Assembly: GCA_041650715.1 (NCBI GenBank)
Contig: JBAZKQ010000002.1
Coordinates: 9,568 to 73,567 of the forward strand
Direction of reading: 5' to 3'
From: Patescibacteria group bacterium
GTDB taxonomy: Bacteria; Patescibacteriota; Patescibacteriia; Patescibacteriales; UBA12465
DNA length: 64,000 nt
The notes beneath the pieces were generated by a model, which was not told where the DNA came from, did no database searches, and was given only the letters and a program-made list of their open reading frames with translations. Shown here one piece after another: positions 47,500 to 57,725 of the stretch (its first letter is position 1; every line of letters starts with the position of its first letter). Made by a program: the position numbers and the translations under genes.

Positions 47500-48978
47500 T
47501 TAAAAAGGCGTTTCTAAATCGTAACTTTGGCCCTCGCCTTTTACGTTTTTCTTAAATATGGCCGCGAAATCCGCCTTGCTCACACCGCCGATAAAATAAA
47601 GGATTAGGAAATAAATAATAATAGCTAAAAGAAGAGTTAAGCAAAGACCGCCCAGCGTTTGTTGAAAAGTATAAGGAAAAACATAAATAAAAGCACCCAT
47701 TATGCCTCCCGCCAATAAAGATTTAAAGACGCGTTTCAGCGAGGGAAGGAAGTGTGTGTATTTATAAATGCAGTAAGCCGAGAAAATTGCGATCATGACT
47801 TCACTGTAAATTGTAACCGCGGCCGCCCCGACATAGGAAAAGCGGGGGATAAGAAATAAGTAGGCGGTTAAAGCGGTGATACTGGTAAATACGTAGAAGC
47901 CAATCATTTTCTTTTGTTTGTCGATAGCGATTACCGCATGAGAAAAAATTGTTCCGAGAAAAATCGCGGCAATCGCAAAAATCAAGATTCTTAAAATATC
48001 GCCGGAGAGAGCAAAATCCGGACCGGCGACAAAGGTCATAATCGGTTTGCCTAAAAACTGGGCGCCGATAACCAAGGGAATAGCAATAATAGCCAGAACG
48101 TCAAAAGAGTTCTGCAAAATCTTTTTGAAGTAGGGGTAATTATTTTCCGCCCAGGCAGCCGTTAAAATCGGAAGAATAAGGCCCGCGAACATAAAGGGCA
48201 GAGTGGTTAAGACGTCGAGTATTTTATAAGCCGCGCCATAAAGACCGACAATGTCGGGCCCTCGGAATAAAGAAAGAATTAAAGTATCGGCCCGCAGATA
48301 GATTAAATTTAAAACAATGGTTATGGCGAGCGGCCAAGAGCGGCTAATAATTTTTTTCCATAAGCTAAGATCAAACTCAAATCTAAGAACACTGAATTTG
48401 CAGGCAAAAATATAATGGAGAATAGCGCTCGACGCACCGGAAGCAATCGTAGCTATTAAAATGCCGATTAAGCCCGCGTCCATACTCACGGAAATAATAA
48501 TACCGATGATAAGCACGACGCGGCTGATTACTTCGGCGATGGCGGCCCGGTCCATGTATAATTTTTTTTGAAAGAGTCCGACTAATATCTGGTTAAGGGC
48601 GGGGAAGACAAAAGAAACGGCCGCAATTAAGACACCAAGTTTAACGGTCGCGCTATAAGGAAAGAACATCACCGTCAAAGGGGCTAAGCCGATAAAAAAA
48701 ATGGCGGAAACAAGGCGGAGACTAAAAAGATTATTTAAAATTTTATTTTCGTCGCTGCGCTCGCCGCTAATCATCTGCACGGTGACGAGGGTCAGGCCTA
48801 AATCAGCAATTACCGCGAAGAAGGTTAAAAATGTCATGACAGTCGTATATTCGCCGAAGCCGGATTGGCCCAGATAGCGGGTGATTAGGGCAAGCGAAAA
48901 AAGGCCCAGGATAGTGGACACGATTTTACCAATAACTTGGACCAAGGTATTGTGGGCGATTTTTTTTGCCAGACTCAT
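47500..48978 (-). CDS. MOP-superfamily flippase (Wzx/MurJ-like)
   Basis: 492 aa with about 12-14 TM helices. N-terminus is typical of polysaccharide biosynthesis flippases. Confidence 0.6.
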   Translation of the reverse strand: MSLAKKIAHNTLVQVIGKIVSTILGLFSLALITRYLGQSGFGEYTTVMTFLTFFAVIADLGLTLVTVQMISGERSDENKILNNLFSLRLVSAIFFIGLAPLTVMFFPYSATVKLGVLIAAVSFVFPALNQILVGLFQKKLYMDRAAIAEVISRVVLIIGIIISVSMDAGLIGILIATIASGASSAILHYIFACKFSVLRFEFDLSLWKKIISRSWPLAITIVLNLIYLRADTLILSLFRGPDIVGLYGAAYKILDVLTTLPFMFAGLILPILTAAWAENNYPYFKKILQNSFDVLAIIAIPLVIGAQFLGKPIMTFVAGPDFALSGDILRILIFAIAAIFLGTIFSHAVIAIDKQKKMIGFYVFTSITALTAYLFLIPRFSYVGAAAVTIYSEVMIAIFSAYCIYKYTHFLPSLKRVFKSLLAGGIMGAFIYVFPYTFQQTLGGLCLTLLLAIIIYFLILYFIGGVSKADFAAIFKKNVKGEGQSYDLETPF

Positions 48979-49080
48979 TTCTTGTATTTTTAGTACTATT
49001 TTTATATAATAAAGATAGAGCTTTGCGCTGATAAAGACAAGGCTTGCGCTTAATTCTCCTTATCTAATTATATCATACTT

Positions 49081-49518
49081 ATGGCAATCACTAAAAAACA
49101 CGTCTTGTCTTTTGTTTTTTTAGCTATTTTTAGTGTAATTCAATTAGTAATGTTTTCTCTGCCCGCTCGCCAGGTCTTAGCTGACGAAGGCTTGTTCAAT
49201 AGTCAGTCGGGCATGACGGAAATCGGCGCAGTCTTTGGAAGCAGCGCAACCGAACAAACTGATTTAAGAACGATTATTGGCCGCTTGATTAATGTTGTGC
49301 TCGGTCTTCTTGGTTCAATCTTTGTTATTCTCGTTATTTATGCCGGTTTTCGTTATATGACCGCGGCCGGAAATCAAGACCAGACGAAAAAAGCCGTGGC
49401 GCAAATCCGTGACGCCGTTATCGGTCTTATTATTGTATTAGCGGCGTGGGCGATTACGACCTTTATTTTTCGGGCCCTTTATTGGTCATCTGGCGCGACC
49501 TCGAATGTTACTTATTAA
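49081..49518 (+). CDS. Small membrane protein, TrbC/VirB2-pilin-like
   Basis: Signal-like N-terminus plus two C-terminal hydrophobic helices (YMTAAGNQDQTKKA...VIGLIIVLAAW). The assignment rests on resemblance only. Confidence 0.35.
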   Translation: MAITKKHVLSFVFLAIFSVIQLVMFSLPARQVLADEGLFNSQSGMTEIGAVFGSSATEQTDLRTIIGRLINVVLGLLGSIFVILVIYAGFRYMTAAGNQDQTKKAVAQIRDAVIGLIIVLAAWAITTFIFRALYWSSGATSNVTY

Positions 49519-49648
49519 ACTCCTCGGCAAGGCTTTCCGCTTTTGACAAAAATCTCAAATCTGCTATGATATTAAAAGAAAGCTAGTTGTTTAATGCAAT
49601 TAGCTTTTTCTCTTAATTAATTAATTCTCATCGCCCAGTGGCGAATTA

Positions 49649-51043
49649 ATGGGAGTTGAAAATATAAAATATATGTCTGAAATAAGCACAGCGATCAAGC
49701 AATTATGTGAAGAAAAAAATCTTGACTATGATTCCGTGATTGCCGCCATTGAACTGGCTCTCGCCGCCGCCTATCGTAAGGATTACGGTGAGCGCAATCA
49801 AAATATTCACGTTAAATTCGATCCCACTACCGGAACATCGCAAATTTTTGATATGAAAACGGTGGTTGAAAATTTGCCGGAGCAGGAAGAGGCGGAGATG
49901 CTTCAAAATTTATATAATCCTAACCCGACAGATCTAAAGAAAGAGGAGTCTCACATAGGCTATTATGTGGCTGAGACAGAAGAAACTGAAGAGGGTAAGA
50001 AAAAGTTTAATCCGAAAACCGATATTCAAATTAAAGAAGCGGCGATTTTAAAACATGACGCCAAAGTCGGCGAAGAAATTGTTACCGATTTACCGATTCC
50101 GGAAAGCTATGGCCGCATGGCCGCGCAAACCGCGAAGCAAGTAATTATCCAAAAATTACGGGAAATGGAAAGAGATATGATTTTTGGTGAATTTAAAGGT
50201 AAAGAAAGAGAAGTTGTTTCCGGAATTGTGCAGCGCCGGGAAGGCCGTTTCGTTTTTGTTGATTTAGGCAAAGCGATTGGCTTATTGCCCGCTGAAGAGC
50301 AGATTTTTAATGAACGCTATAATCCGAATGACCGCATTAAGGTTTATATTAAAGAAGTCCGTGAAGGCCATAAGGGCCCGGAAATAATTTTGTCCCGCCG
50401 CAGCGAGGAAATTCTAAAGAAAGTTTTCTATTTAGAAATTCCGGAAATTGCGAACGGTCTTGTCGAAATAAAAGAAGTGGCGCGCGAAGCGGGCTCACGC
50501 TCGAAGGTCGCGATTTGGACTGAAGCGGAAAACGTTGACCCGGTTGGTTCTTGCGTCGGTCAGCGCGGTAGCCGCATCCAGACAATTATCAGCGAACTCG
50601 GCGGTGAAAAAATTGATATTATTGAATATAGTGAAGATAGTGCGAAATTTATTGCGAACGCCCTGGCACCGGCTAAGGTTATTTCGATTGAACTGGATGA
50701 AGCCGATCATAAAGCGATTGTAAAAGTTGCGCCGGATAAATTATCCTTGGCGATTGGCAAGAATGGCCAGAACGTGCGTTTAGCCGCCCGCTTAAGCGGT
50801 TGGAAAATAGATATTATTGAGGCGTCCGAAGAAGGTGAGAAAAAAGTTTTGGAAAGCGATGGCGAGACTATGGAAATTTTGGAGGAAAATGAAGTTTTAG
50901 CGGAAGCGGTTGAGAGTGAAAAAGAAATTTCTGAGGAAGTAACTGAAGCGACCGAGGCGACTGAGGCCAAGCCGGAAAAGAAAGAGAAAAAAGAAAAAAA
51001 AGTTAAAGAAGATAAAAAAGCTAAAAAAACTAAAAAAGAATAA
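49649..51043 (+). CDS. nusA: Transcription termination/antitermination factor NusA with acidic/Lys-rich tail
   Basis: S1 domain and KH1/KH2 GxxG loops ([19 protein letters not shown]). The start may be the Met at 49673. Confidence 0.9.
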   Translation: MGVENIKYMSEISTAIKQLCEEKNLDYDSVIAAIELALAAAYRKDYGERNQNIHVKFDPTTGTSQIFDMKTVVENLPEQEEAEMLQNLYNPNPTDLKKEESHIGYYVAETEETEEGKKKFNPKTDIQIKEAAILKHDAKVGEEIVTDLPIPESYGRMAAQTAKQVIIQKLREMERDMIFGEFKGKEREVVSGIVQRREGRFVFVDLGKAIGLLPAEEQIFNERYNPNDRIKVYIKEVREGHKGPEIILSRRSEEILKKVFYLEIPEIANGLVEIKEVAREAGSRSKVAIWTEAENVDPVGSCVGQRGSRIQTIISELGGEKIDIIEYSEDSAKFIANALAPAKVISIELDEADHKAIVKVAPDKLSLAIGKNGQNVRLAARLSGWKIDIIEASEEGEKKVLESDGETMEILEENEVLAEAVESEKEISEEVTEATEATEAKPEKKEKKEKKVKEDKKAKKTKKE

Positions 51044-51054
51044 GTAAAAATTCT

Positions 51055-53064
51055 ATGATGACGACATTATTCATTCTCGGAAGCGCGCTTATCGCCATTA
51101 TCTATGGCGGTATCGTCATTGCTTCAATTTTGCGCATGCCTGAGGGTAATGACAAAATGAAAGAAATCGCCAGAGCAATTCAAGAAGGAGCCAAAGCTTT
51201 CTTGAATCGCCAATACAAAGCCGTGGCGATGGTAGCGGTAGTTGTATTTTTAATCATCGGTTTCATCCCTGAGTTGGGTTGGAAAACCGCTCTGGCTTTC
51301 ATTGTCGGGGCGCTTTTATCCGCTTTAACCGGTTATATCGGCATGTTTGTCAGCGTTCGCGCTAATGTCCGGACAACCGAAGCGGCACGTGGCGGTTTAG
51401 CTAAAGCCTTAAACGTCGCCGTTAAAGGGGGTAGTGTTACCGGGATGCTCGTTGTTGGCCTGGCCTTAATCGGTACCGCCGGTTTCTATTTTTTAACTCA
51501 TGATTTGCATGCATTAATCGGTTTTGCTTTTGGTGGCTCTTTAATTTCTATCTTTGCTCGTTTGGGCGGTGGTATTTATACTAAGGCAGCGGATGTCGGT
51601 GCTGATTTAGTCGGTAAGGTTGAAGCCAGTATTCCGGAAGACGATCCTCGCAACCCGGCTGTTATTGCTGACAATGTCGGCGATAATGTTGGTGATTGCG
51701 CCGGTATGGCAGCCGATTTATTTGAAACTTATGCCGTTACTTTAATTGCGGCCATGGTTTTAGGCTCTTTAACTTTTATTGATAATAAAAATATTATTTT
51801 ATTCCCGCTTGTTTTGGGAGCAGTTTCGATTATTGTTTCTATCATTGGTATTTTCTTTATCCGCTTAGGAAAAAAGCAAAATATCATGAGAGCGCTGTAT
51901 AAGGGTTTGATTGCCGCCGGTGTTTTAGCGGCCGCAGCTTTTTACCCGATCACTAAGTATATGATTGTTGGCGGTTTAAGCATGAAGATTTATTTCGCCG
52001 CTTTGATTGGTTTAGCGGTTACCGGCTTATTAGTAGTTATTACTGAGTATTATACTTCAACTGCCTTTAGCCCGGTTAAAGGAATTGCGGAAGCTTCAAA
52101 AACAGGTCACGGTACGAACGTAATTGCCGGTCTGGCCGTTTCTATGAAATCAACCGCCCTTCCGGTTCTCGTTATTTGTTTAGCTATTCTGGGTGCCTTT
52201 TCACTCGCCGGTTTATACGGCATCGCGATTGCGGCCATGGCCATGTTATCAATGGCCGGCATTATCGTGACGATTGATGCTTATGGACCAATCACTGACA
52301 ACGCCGGTGGTATCGCGGAGATGGCTGAGCTCGGCGACGACGTTCGTAATATTACTGACCCATTAGACGCGGTTGGTAATACTACTAAAGCGGTTACTAA
52401 AGGTTATGCCATTGGTTCAGCGGCTTTAGCAGCCCTCGTTTTGTTTGCTGATTTTACTTATAAGATAAAAGCATCCGGCGGCAGCGCTCAATTCTTAATT
52501 GATAATCCATACGTTTTAATCGGCTTATTTATCGGCGGCGCCCTGCCTTATATCTTCGGCGCTATGTCGATGAAAGCGGTGGGTCGGGCAGCGGGTGCAG
52601 TCGTTGAAGATGTGCGCGCGCAGTTCAGAGAAAAAACCGGAATTATGTCCGGCACCGAAAAACCGGATTATGGTCGTACCGTTGATATCGTTACTAAGGC
52701 CGCCATTAAAGAAATGATTATTCCGGCTTTGATCCCGGTTGTCGTGCCGATCATTGTTGGATTCGGTTTTAATTTCTTTTTTCCGGGCCGCGGCTTGGAA
52801 GTTCTCGGCGGTTTGCTTGTGGGATCAATTGTTACCGGTATCTTCGTCGCGGTATCAATGACTTCAGGCGGCGGTGCTTGGGACAATGCGAAGAAATATA
52901 TTGAAGCGGGTAATTTTGGCGGCAAAGGATCGGACGCGCATAAGGCCGCCGTTACTGGGGATACTGTCGGTGATCCTTATAAGGACACAGCAGGACCAGC
53001 CATTAACCCGATGATCAAAGTTTTGAACATCGTGGCTCTCCTGATCGTTGGATTACTACTCTAA
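51055..53064 (+). CDS. hppA: Membrane-integral ion-translocating pyrophosphatase
   Basis: About 16 TM helices and M-PPase signatures ([42 protein letters not shown]). Confidence 0.95.
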   Translation: MMTTLFILGSALIAIIYGGIVIASILRMPEGNDKMKEIARAIQEGAKAFLNRQYKAVAMVAVVVFLIIGFIPELGWKTALAFIVGALLSALTGYIGMFVSVRANVRTTEAARGGLAKALNVAVKGGSVTGMLVVGLALIGTAGFYFLTHDLHALIGFAFGGSLISIFARLGGGIYTKAADVGADLVGKVEASIPEDDPRNPAVIADNVGDNVGDCAGMAADLFETYAVTLIAAMVLGSLTFIDNKNIILFPLVLGAVSIIVSIIGIFFIRLGKKQNIMRALYKGLIAAGVLAAAAFYPITKYMIVGGLSMKIYFAALIGLAVTGLLVVITEYYTSTAFSPVKGIAEASKTGHGTNVIAGLAVSMKSTALPVLVICLAILGAFSLAGLYGIAIAAMAMLSMAGIIVTIDAYGPITDNAGGIAEMAELGDDVRNITDPLDAVGNTTKAVTKGYAIGSAALAALVLFADFTYKIKASGGSAQFLIDNPYVLIGLFIGGALPYIFGAMSMKAVGRAAGAVVEDVRAQFREKTGIMSGTEKPDYGRTVDIVTKAAIKEMIIPALIPVVVPIIVGFGFNFFFPGRGLEVLGGLLVGSIVTGIFVAVSMTSGGGAWDNAKKYIEAGNFGGKGSDAHKAAVTGDTVGDPYKDTAGPAINPMIKVLNIVALLIVGLLL

Positions 53065-53084
53065 ATTAGAAAGAAGCAAAAATA

Positions 53085-53115
53085 AAAAACACCCTTTTAA
53101 TCGAGGGTGTTTTTG
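53085..53115 (+). terminator. Intrinsic terminator after hppA
   Basis: caccct (53090-53095) pairs with agggtg (53104-53109), followed by a T-run. A second hairpin (gacctg..caggtc) lies at about 53127-53150. Confidence 0.7.
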
Positions 53116-53170
53116 TAAATAAAAAAGACCTGGTTTATAAGCGCAGGTCTTTGAGTTGCTCGTTTGTTTT

Positions 53171-53503
53171 TTAAAGGTTAAGCCTCATTGCCAAACCATC
53201 AAGTTTTTGCCCATACTCTATGCAGTTGGGAACAAGTTCGGCCAGAAGTTTTAGATTGTCATCGCCCTTGTACATAATTTTGTTCTGCGAAGAAAGCTTA
53301 GGGTTAACAAGAGTTAAGAGCCCTTGGTCAGTCAATGTTTCGACATATTCAACCATTGATACCAAAAATACCAGACTCACGCCCGCGGAGATAAAGCGGC
53401 GTCTAATTTCTATGTTGACCTCTTCCATGGTAAATGGTTCCCCGGATAAGGCAAGTTGGTTGACTACGGAAATGGAAAGTTCAGTTTCGGTTAGTGTTTT
53501 CAT
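53171..53503 (-). CDS. Hypothetical protein (110 aa)
   Basis: Lies 5 nt downstream of the 53509-54126 gene, which suggests an operon. No family recognised. Confidence 0.4.
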   Translation of the reverse strand: MKTLTETELSISVVNQLALSGEPFTMEEVNIEIRRRFISAGVSLVFLVSMVEYVETLTDQGLLTLVNPKLSSQNKIMYKGDDNLKLLAELVPNCIEYGQKLDGLAMRLNL

Positions 53504-53508
53504 GAGAG

Positions 53509-54126
53509 TTATGGTTTATAAGTGATGCCGAGTTTGAGCAGAGCTTTCCCGTCACAGTACCAGCTATAGCCAGCACTGGCGAATATATTCCATTTTGGGG
53601 TGAGCGGTTGCTTGTATTTGAAATCAACCAGCGGTCCCCAGGAATCATAATAAAGTACAGCGCCAGTCGCCGTAAACCGCGAATAGCTAAAATCCAACGA
53701 CTGCCAGAAAAAACGAAATCCCCAGTTAAAGGGTTGGACTTTTTCTCCCGGTATGCCCGCTGAAACGCCAGACCAGGTCATAGCGGTTATGGAAAATTTT
53801 TCTCTTTGGATGGGGGCGACAAAACCCATAATTCCCATAACTGGTACGTTTAAGAAGTACTCGAAGGAGGGACCAACGCTGATGCGCTTACCTATCCCCT
53901 TAAGATAGACAATGTACATATCACTTGCGCTTATTGATATGTTGATGACGTCATTTCCCCTGGCGAAATTCGCTTCAGCGAATACGCCATTAGATAATGG
54001 CCCTTCACCACTGGAAAGGGAAATGGAGGATAGTTTAATTTCTTTTTTTGCTTCTGTTTGAGAAAAAGCGGACAATGTCTGTAAAAGGAGGATGGCTGAC
54101 GCCAAAAGCAGGTTGATTCTTTTCAT
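53509..54126 (-). CDS. Secreted protein with beta-barrel-like alternating pattern
   Basis: Signal peptide MKRINLLLASAILLLQTLSAFS. Aromatic- and Gly-rich alternating strands through to the C-terminal LKLGITYKP. Confidence 0.4.
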   Translation of the reverse strand: MKRINLLLASAILLLQTLSAFSQTEAKKEIKLSSISLSSGEGPLSNGVFAEANFARGNDVINISISASDMYIVYLKGIGKRISVGPSFEYFLNVPVMGIMGFVAPIQREKFSITAMTWSGVSAGIPGEKVQPFNWGFRFFWQSLDFSYSRFTATGAVLYYDSWGPLVDFKYKQPLTPKWNIFASAGYSWYCDGKALLKLGITYKP

Positions 54127-54339
54127 GGATTATTGTTTGTTTATTGGTTAATATTCAGTTTTCAAAGAATTAAAAAATATATCATTTCATTTAATTTTTG
54201 TCAAGAGTTAAGAAATAAAATCCTATTAAATTGGCTAATAAAGCTCACCTTGATTTTTTCCCTAAAAATGTTAATATAAAGTCAATTAAAGAAATATTAA
54301 AAGGCGAGCCAAAAGCTCGCTTCTAATTGCTAAAAGACT

Positions 54340-55650
54340 ATGCAAATCACCAAAAAAGATTTAGAAAAATCACAAATTGAATTAACCGTGGAATTAAGCA
54401 CGGAAGAGTTTGCGCCTTATATTGAAAAAGGTGCGCTTAAGGTTGCCGAAGAAGTAAAAATCGAGGGTTTCCGTAAAGGTAAAGTTCCTCTGGAGATTTT
54501 AAAGCAAAAAATTGGCGAAATGACGATTTTGGAGGAAGCCGCTAATATTGCAATCCGAAAAACAATCGACGAAGCGGTCGAAAAAAATACGATGGAGCGC
54601 CAGGCAATCGGCCAACCCCAAGTTAATATTACTAAGTTGGCGCCGAATAATCCTTTAGAATATAAAGTTATTGTTTCACTTTTACCGACGATAGCTTTAG
54701 GAAAATATAAGGGCTTAAACTTAAAAGCGGAAGAAGCAAAAATTGATGATAAGGAATTAGAAAAAGCGTTAAATGATTTACGCGAAATGCGCGCTCAGGA
54801 AGTTCTGGTTGAACGCGGTGCCGGGGCGGGAGATAAAATAACGATTGACGTCAGAATGTCTTTGGACAAAGTTCCGCTTGAAGATGGCGATCATAAAGAA
54901 TTGGCGATAATTTTGGGTAAGGATTATTTTGTGCCCGGCTTTGATGATAAAATGATGGGTATAAAACAGGACGAAGAGAGAAATTTTGAATTGCTTTATC
55001 CGGAAGATCATCATCAAAAAAATATTGCCGGCAAGATGGTTGAATTTAATGTTAAAGTCAAAGGTGTCTACGAAAGAAAGCTCTCGGAATTTAATGATGA
55101 GTTTGCCGGTTTCTTCCGTTTGAAAAATATGGAAGAACTAAAAACTAATTTAAAGGAAAGTTTACTCCAGGAGAAAAAACACAATGTCGACATGCGCAAT
55201 GAGTCCGAGTTGATCGGTAAAATTGTGGATGACACTAAATTCGGCGATTTACCGGACACGATTATTGAAAGCGAAAGCCGCAACATGATGATGGAGCTCG
55301 AACAGAGCGTTGTGCGCCAAGGCGGAAAATTTGAAGATTATTTGGGCCACCTTAAAAAAACTAAGGAGCAATTAATCTTGGAAATGATGCCGAACGCCGT
55401 GAAGCGCGTCAAGTCGGCGCTTGTCATTCGTGAGCTCGCGATAGTTGAAAAAATTGCCCCGGCCCATGAAGATATCCATAAAAAAATTGATGAGCTTGAA
55501 GCCCAGTATAAAGATAACGCGGATATCATCAAAATGATTCACGAACCTGATTATCATAATTCTTTAAATAACATTTTAACTAACGAGAAAGTAATCGCGA
55601 AATTAAAGGAATGGAATTATGCCCCAACTGGCGATAAACAAAAAAGCTAA
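54340..55650 (+). CDS. tig: Trigger factor
   Basis: N-terminal ribosome-binding motif (GFRKGKVP), a central FKBP-like region and a C-terminal arm domain. Confidence 0.9.
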   Translation: MQITKKDLEKSQIELTVELSTEEFAPYIEKGALKVAEEVKIEGFRKGKVPLEILKQKIGEMTILEEAANIAIRKTIDEAVEKNTMERQAIGQPQVNITKLAPNNPLEYKVIVSLLPTIALGKYKGLNLKAEEAKIDDKELEKALNDLREMRAQEVLVERGAGAGDKITIDVRMSLDKVPLEDGDHKELAIILGKDYFVPGFDDKMMGIKQDEERNFELLYPEDHHQKNIAGKMVEFNVKVKGVYERKLSEFNDEFAGFFRLKNMEELKTNLKESLLQEKKHNVDMRNESELIGKIVDDTKFGDLPDTIIESESRNMMMELEQSVVRQGGKFEDYLGHLKKTKEQLILEMMPNAVKRVKSALVIRELAIVEKIAPAHEDIHKKIDELEAQYKDNADIIKMIHEPDYHNSLNNILTNEKVIAKLKEWNYAPTGDKQKS

Positions 55651-56077
55651 CTTTGACTACCAGATTCAAGATAAATATGAAGCGGGCTTGGTTTTATTTG
55701 GCCATGAAGTTAAGGCGGTACGCGCCGGGCAGGTAAGTCTTAAAGGAAGTTTCATTAGTATTCGTACGAAAAACGGCCATACGGAATTATACTTAGTTAA
55801 TTGTCAGATATCTCCCTATAAAAGCGCCGGTCCGATGCCCGACTATAATCAAATGCGGGAGCGTAAATTGCTTTTAAAGCGTCAGGAAATTGACCATTTA
55901 TTAGGCAAGAAACAGACCGAGGGCTTGACACTAATCCCCCTAAAAATATATACTAATCATAGTTTTTTGAAGTTGGAATTTGCTATCGCGAAAGGTAAGA
56001 AAAAGTATGACAAACGAGAAACTATCAAAAAAAGAGATATCGACCGCCGCTTAAGATCGTTAACAAAGAGAAGTTAA
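55619..56077 (+). CDS. smpB: SsrA-binding protein SmpB
   Basis: Conserved N-terminus (NKKANFDYQIQDKYEAGLVLFGHEVKAVR) and a basic C-terminal tail. tmRNA follows 20 nt downstream. Confidence 0.9.
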   Translation: MPQLAINKKANFDYQIQDKYEAGLVLFGHEVKAVRAGQVSLKGSFISIRTKNGHTELYLVNCQISPYKSAGPMPDYNQMRERKLLLKRQEIDHLLGKKQTEGLTLIPLKIYTNHSFLKLEFAIAKGKKKYDKRETIKKRDIDRRLRSLTKRS

Positions 56078-56097
56078 GCAAAGAAAAAGGCTGATTA

Positions 56098-56483
56098 GGG
56101 GATGCCAGGCATCGACAGTCGGAGCTTTTTCTAAATATTCAAAACGCGCCTAGCTAATCGCGTTAAACTGGCTAAAAAAATACAAATGCCAAAACGGCAA
56201 GAGCATTCACTTGGTTAACTCCGAGCTATGCTCCAGTTATGGCCTAATTAATAAGGCTATAACCATCGGCGGATCGTGAGTCTTCATAACGGTCAACCGG
56301 TGTCATTCAATTGAAGATAGATATTATTTGCGCCTGACGAGTAATATCGAATCAAAATCGGGATCGCTTCAATCGCTTTTGTGTGGTTTTTGATGATTGA
56401 AGTTAAAAAAACGAAATCACTCTATTTTTGTAAATGTATTTAGGAAAACCGATTGGACATGGGTTCAAATCCCATCATCTCCA
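56098..56483 (+). ncRNA. ssrA: tmRNA (SsrA)
   Basis: - The 5' ggggatg pairs with the 3' catctcc, including the G3-U wobble (Ala identity).
- T-arm atggg-ttcaaat-cccat.
- Candidate tag reading frame GCC at 56188 to TAA at 56245-56247, encoding AKTARAFTWLTPSYAPVMA.
- Lies directly after smpB. Confidence 0.85.
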
Positions 56484-56487
56484 CATT

Positions 56488-56571
56488 GCCGCGGTGGCGG
56501 AACTGGTAGACGCGCTGGACTTAAAATCCAGTTGTAGCGATACAGTGCGGGTTCGATTCCCGCCCGCGGCA
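56488..56571 (+). tRNA. tRNA-Leu with anticodon UAA (class II, long variable arm)
   Basis: Acceptor gccgcgg/ccgcggc, anticodon stem ctgga/tccag, loop cttaaaa, variable arm tgta-gcga-taca, T-arm gcggg-ttcgatt-cccgc. Begins 4 nt after the tmRNA. Confidence 0.9.
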
Positions 56572-56594
56572 CTAGTAAGCAAGTTAAACGATAC

Positions 56595-56666
56595 GCGGGT
56601 ATCGTATAGTGGTTATTATGCGACCTTGCCAAGGTCGAGAGACGGGTTCGATTCCCGTTACCCGCT
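56595..56666 (+). tRNA. tRNA-Gly with anticodon GCC
   Basis: Acceptor gcgggta/tacccgc, anticodon stem cgacc/ggtcg, loop ttgccaa, T-arm acggg-ttcgatt-cccgt. Confidence 0.85.
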
Positions 56667-56673
56667 CAATAAC

Positions 56674-56702
56674 AAAAAAGACTCCTCTTGGAGTCTTTTT
56701 TG
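56674..56702 (+). terminator. Intrinsic terminator after the tmRNA/tRNA-Leu/tRNA-Gly cluster
   Basis: agactcc (56679-56685) pairs with ggagtct (56690-56696), followed by a T-run. Confidence 0.8.
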
Positions 56703-56711
56703 TTATTGATA

Positions 56712-56888
56712 GGAAGAAGAACGGGAATCGAACAGGTTGGAAGCGAGATATGAGCCGAGACGGAAGGCGAGGCGAGTAATCGAGCGTCGGACGAATATCT
56801 GGGGGATATTCGGATGCCAACCCTGGACAAGTGAGCGAGGCGCAATTCTGGCGCCGAGTGAGCGCGAGGATGGGGATTAGTAAGCCAG
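56712..56888. other. G+C-rich structured non-coding element B, tRNA-adjacent
   Basis: Visibly G+C-rich in an A+T-rich context.
- 56720-56733 (aacgggaatcgaac) is the exact reverse complement of the tRNA-Gly T-arm at 56646-56659.
- Hairpins: cgaatatc-tgggg-gatattcg (about 56801-56821), ggcgc-aattctg-gcgcc (about 56839-56855), and caggttgg..ccaaccctg.
- Shares AGTGAGCGC and AGCGAGG with element A. Confidence 0.5.
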
Positions 56889-57097
56889 ATAAATAGAGCT
56901 TGAAAGTACTTTTTATTATTTAAAGCGTGAATTACAGTAGCAAAGCCGGCTTGATTCATACGTTTTATATTTACCTAAATTTGTATAATTACGTTTCATA
57001 AATCATGCTTGGCATTGCATTAAGATTGAATTTAATTTTGTAAAATATTATATAGTTATTGTCAAGATTTATTTAAAGGAAGCTCTGGTGTAAACTT

Positions 57098-57712
57098 ATG
57101 ATAATAATTAAAATACTAAATATGCCGCCCGAAAATTTCTGTAATTTTTTAAATATTCCTTTTTATTTGAAATATGAATTTTGGTTGACCATCGCTAGTA
57201 TTGCATTTGCTGGATTTGCGTTATTCGAAACAATGAAATTAAGAAAGGAATCGCAAAGGCAAAATATACTCGCCAAACAGCCATATCTATCCCTTAAACT
57301 AAAAAAAGATGAAGAAAATAAAAGCTCTAAGCAGATACTTGTAAATAATTCTCTGAACCCTGCCTTTAATATATTTGTTCTTTTTGGAAGTGCTGATAAA
57401 TATTTAATCACAAAAGAAGGTGGCGTTATTAGCTCGCTGGGCCCAAACGAAAGAAGGCAGATTAATGATGATGAGTTAACCACGATAAATAGATCTGCTA
57501 TTTTGGAAAGAATTAAATTTTTGAATAAACTTATAAATAAGTTTGAAACTAAAAGCACAAGTTTTCACGCTATTTTCTATGAAGATATATTCGGAAATAA
57601 AATGTATTCAGTTGGCTTGCCTTCATTGATCATGGAAAATGGGTATAATGGTTTTTTTAATGTAGGGTATGTTGAGGGTGCGAGGACAAAAAATAGAACT
57701 GTTATCATATAA
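57098..57712 (+). CDS. Hypothetical membrane-anchored protein
   Basis: One TM helix (WLTIASIAFAGFALF) followed by a roughly 150-aa soluble domain of unknown family. Very A+T-rich. The start is uncertain; the Met at 57122 is possible. Confidence 0.4.
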   Translation: MIIIKILNMPPENFCNFLNIPFYLKYEFWLTIASIAFAGFALFETMKLRKESQRQNILAKQPYLSLKLKKDEENKSSKQILVNNSLNPAFNIFVLFGSADKYLITKEGGVISSLGPNERRQINDDELTTINRSAILERIKFLNKLINKFETKSTSFHAIFYEDIFGNKMYSVGLPSLIMENGYNGFFNVGYVEGARTKNRTVII

Positions 57713-57725
57713 GTATGCTAAATAA

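Noticed and set aside
56750-56790. The ccgagacggaaggcgagg stretch as the SRP (4.5S) RNA domain IV GGAA tetraloop
   Set aside because: The flanking bases do not form the conserved symmetric and asymmetric loops, and GGAA is not closed by a helix. The local fold is a ccg-aga-cgg mini-hairpin instead.
56434-56959. ORFs at 56434-56709 (+), 56584-56820 (-) and 56666-56959 (-)
   Set aside because: They overlap the tmRNA 3' end, tRNA-Leu, tRNA-Gly, the terminator and G+C-rich element B. Their translations are low-complexity, with no start-site context.
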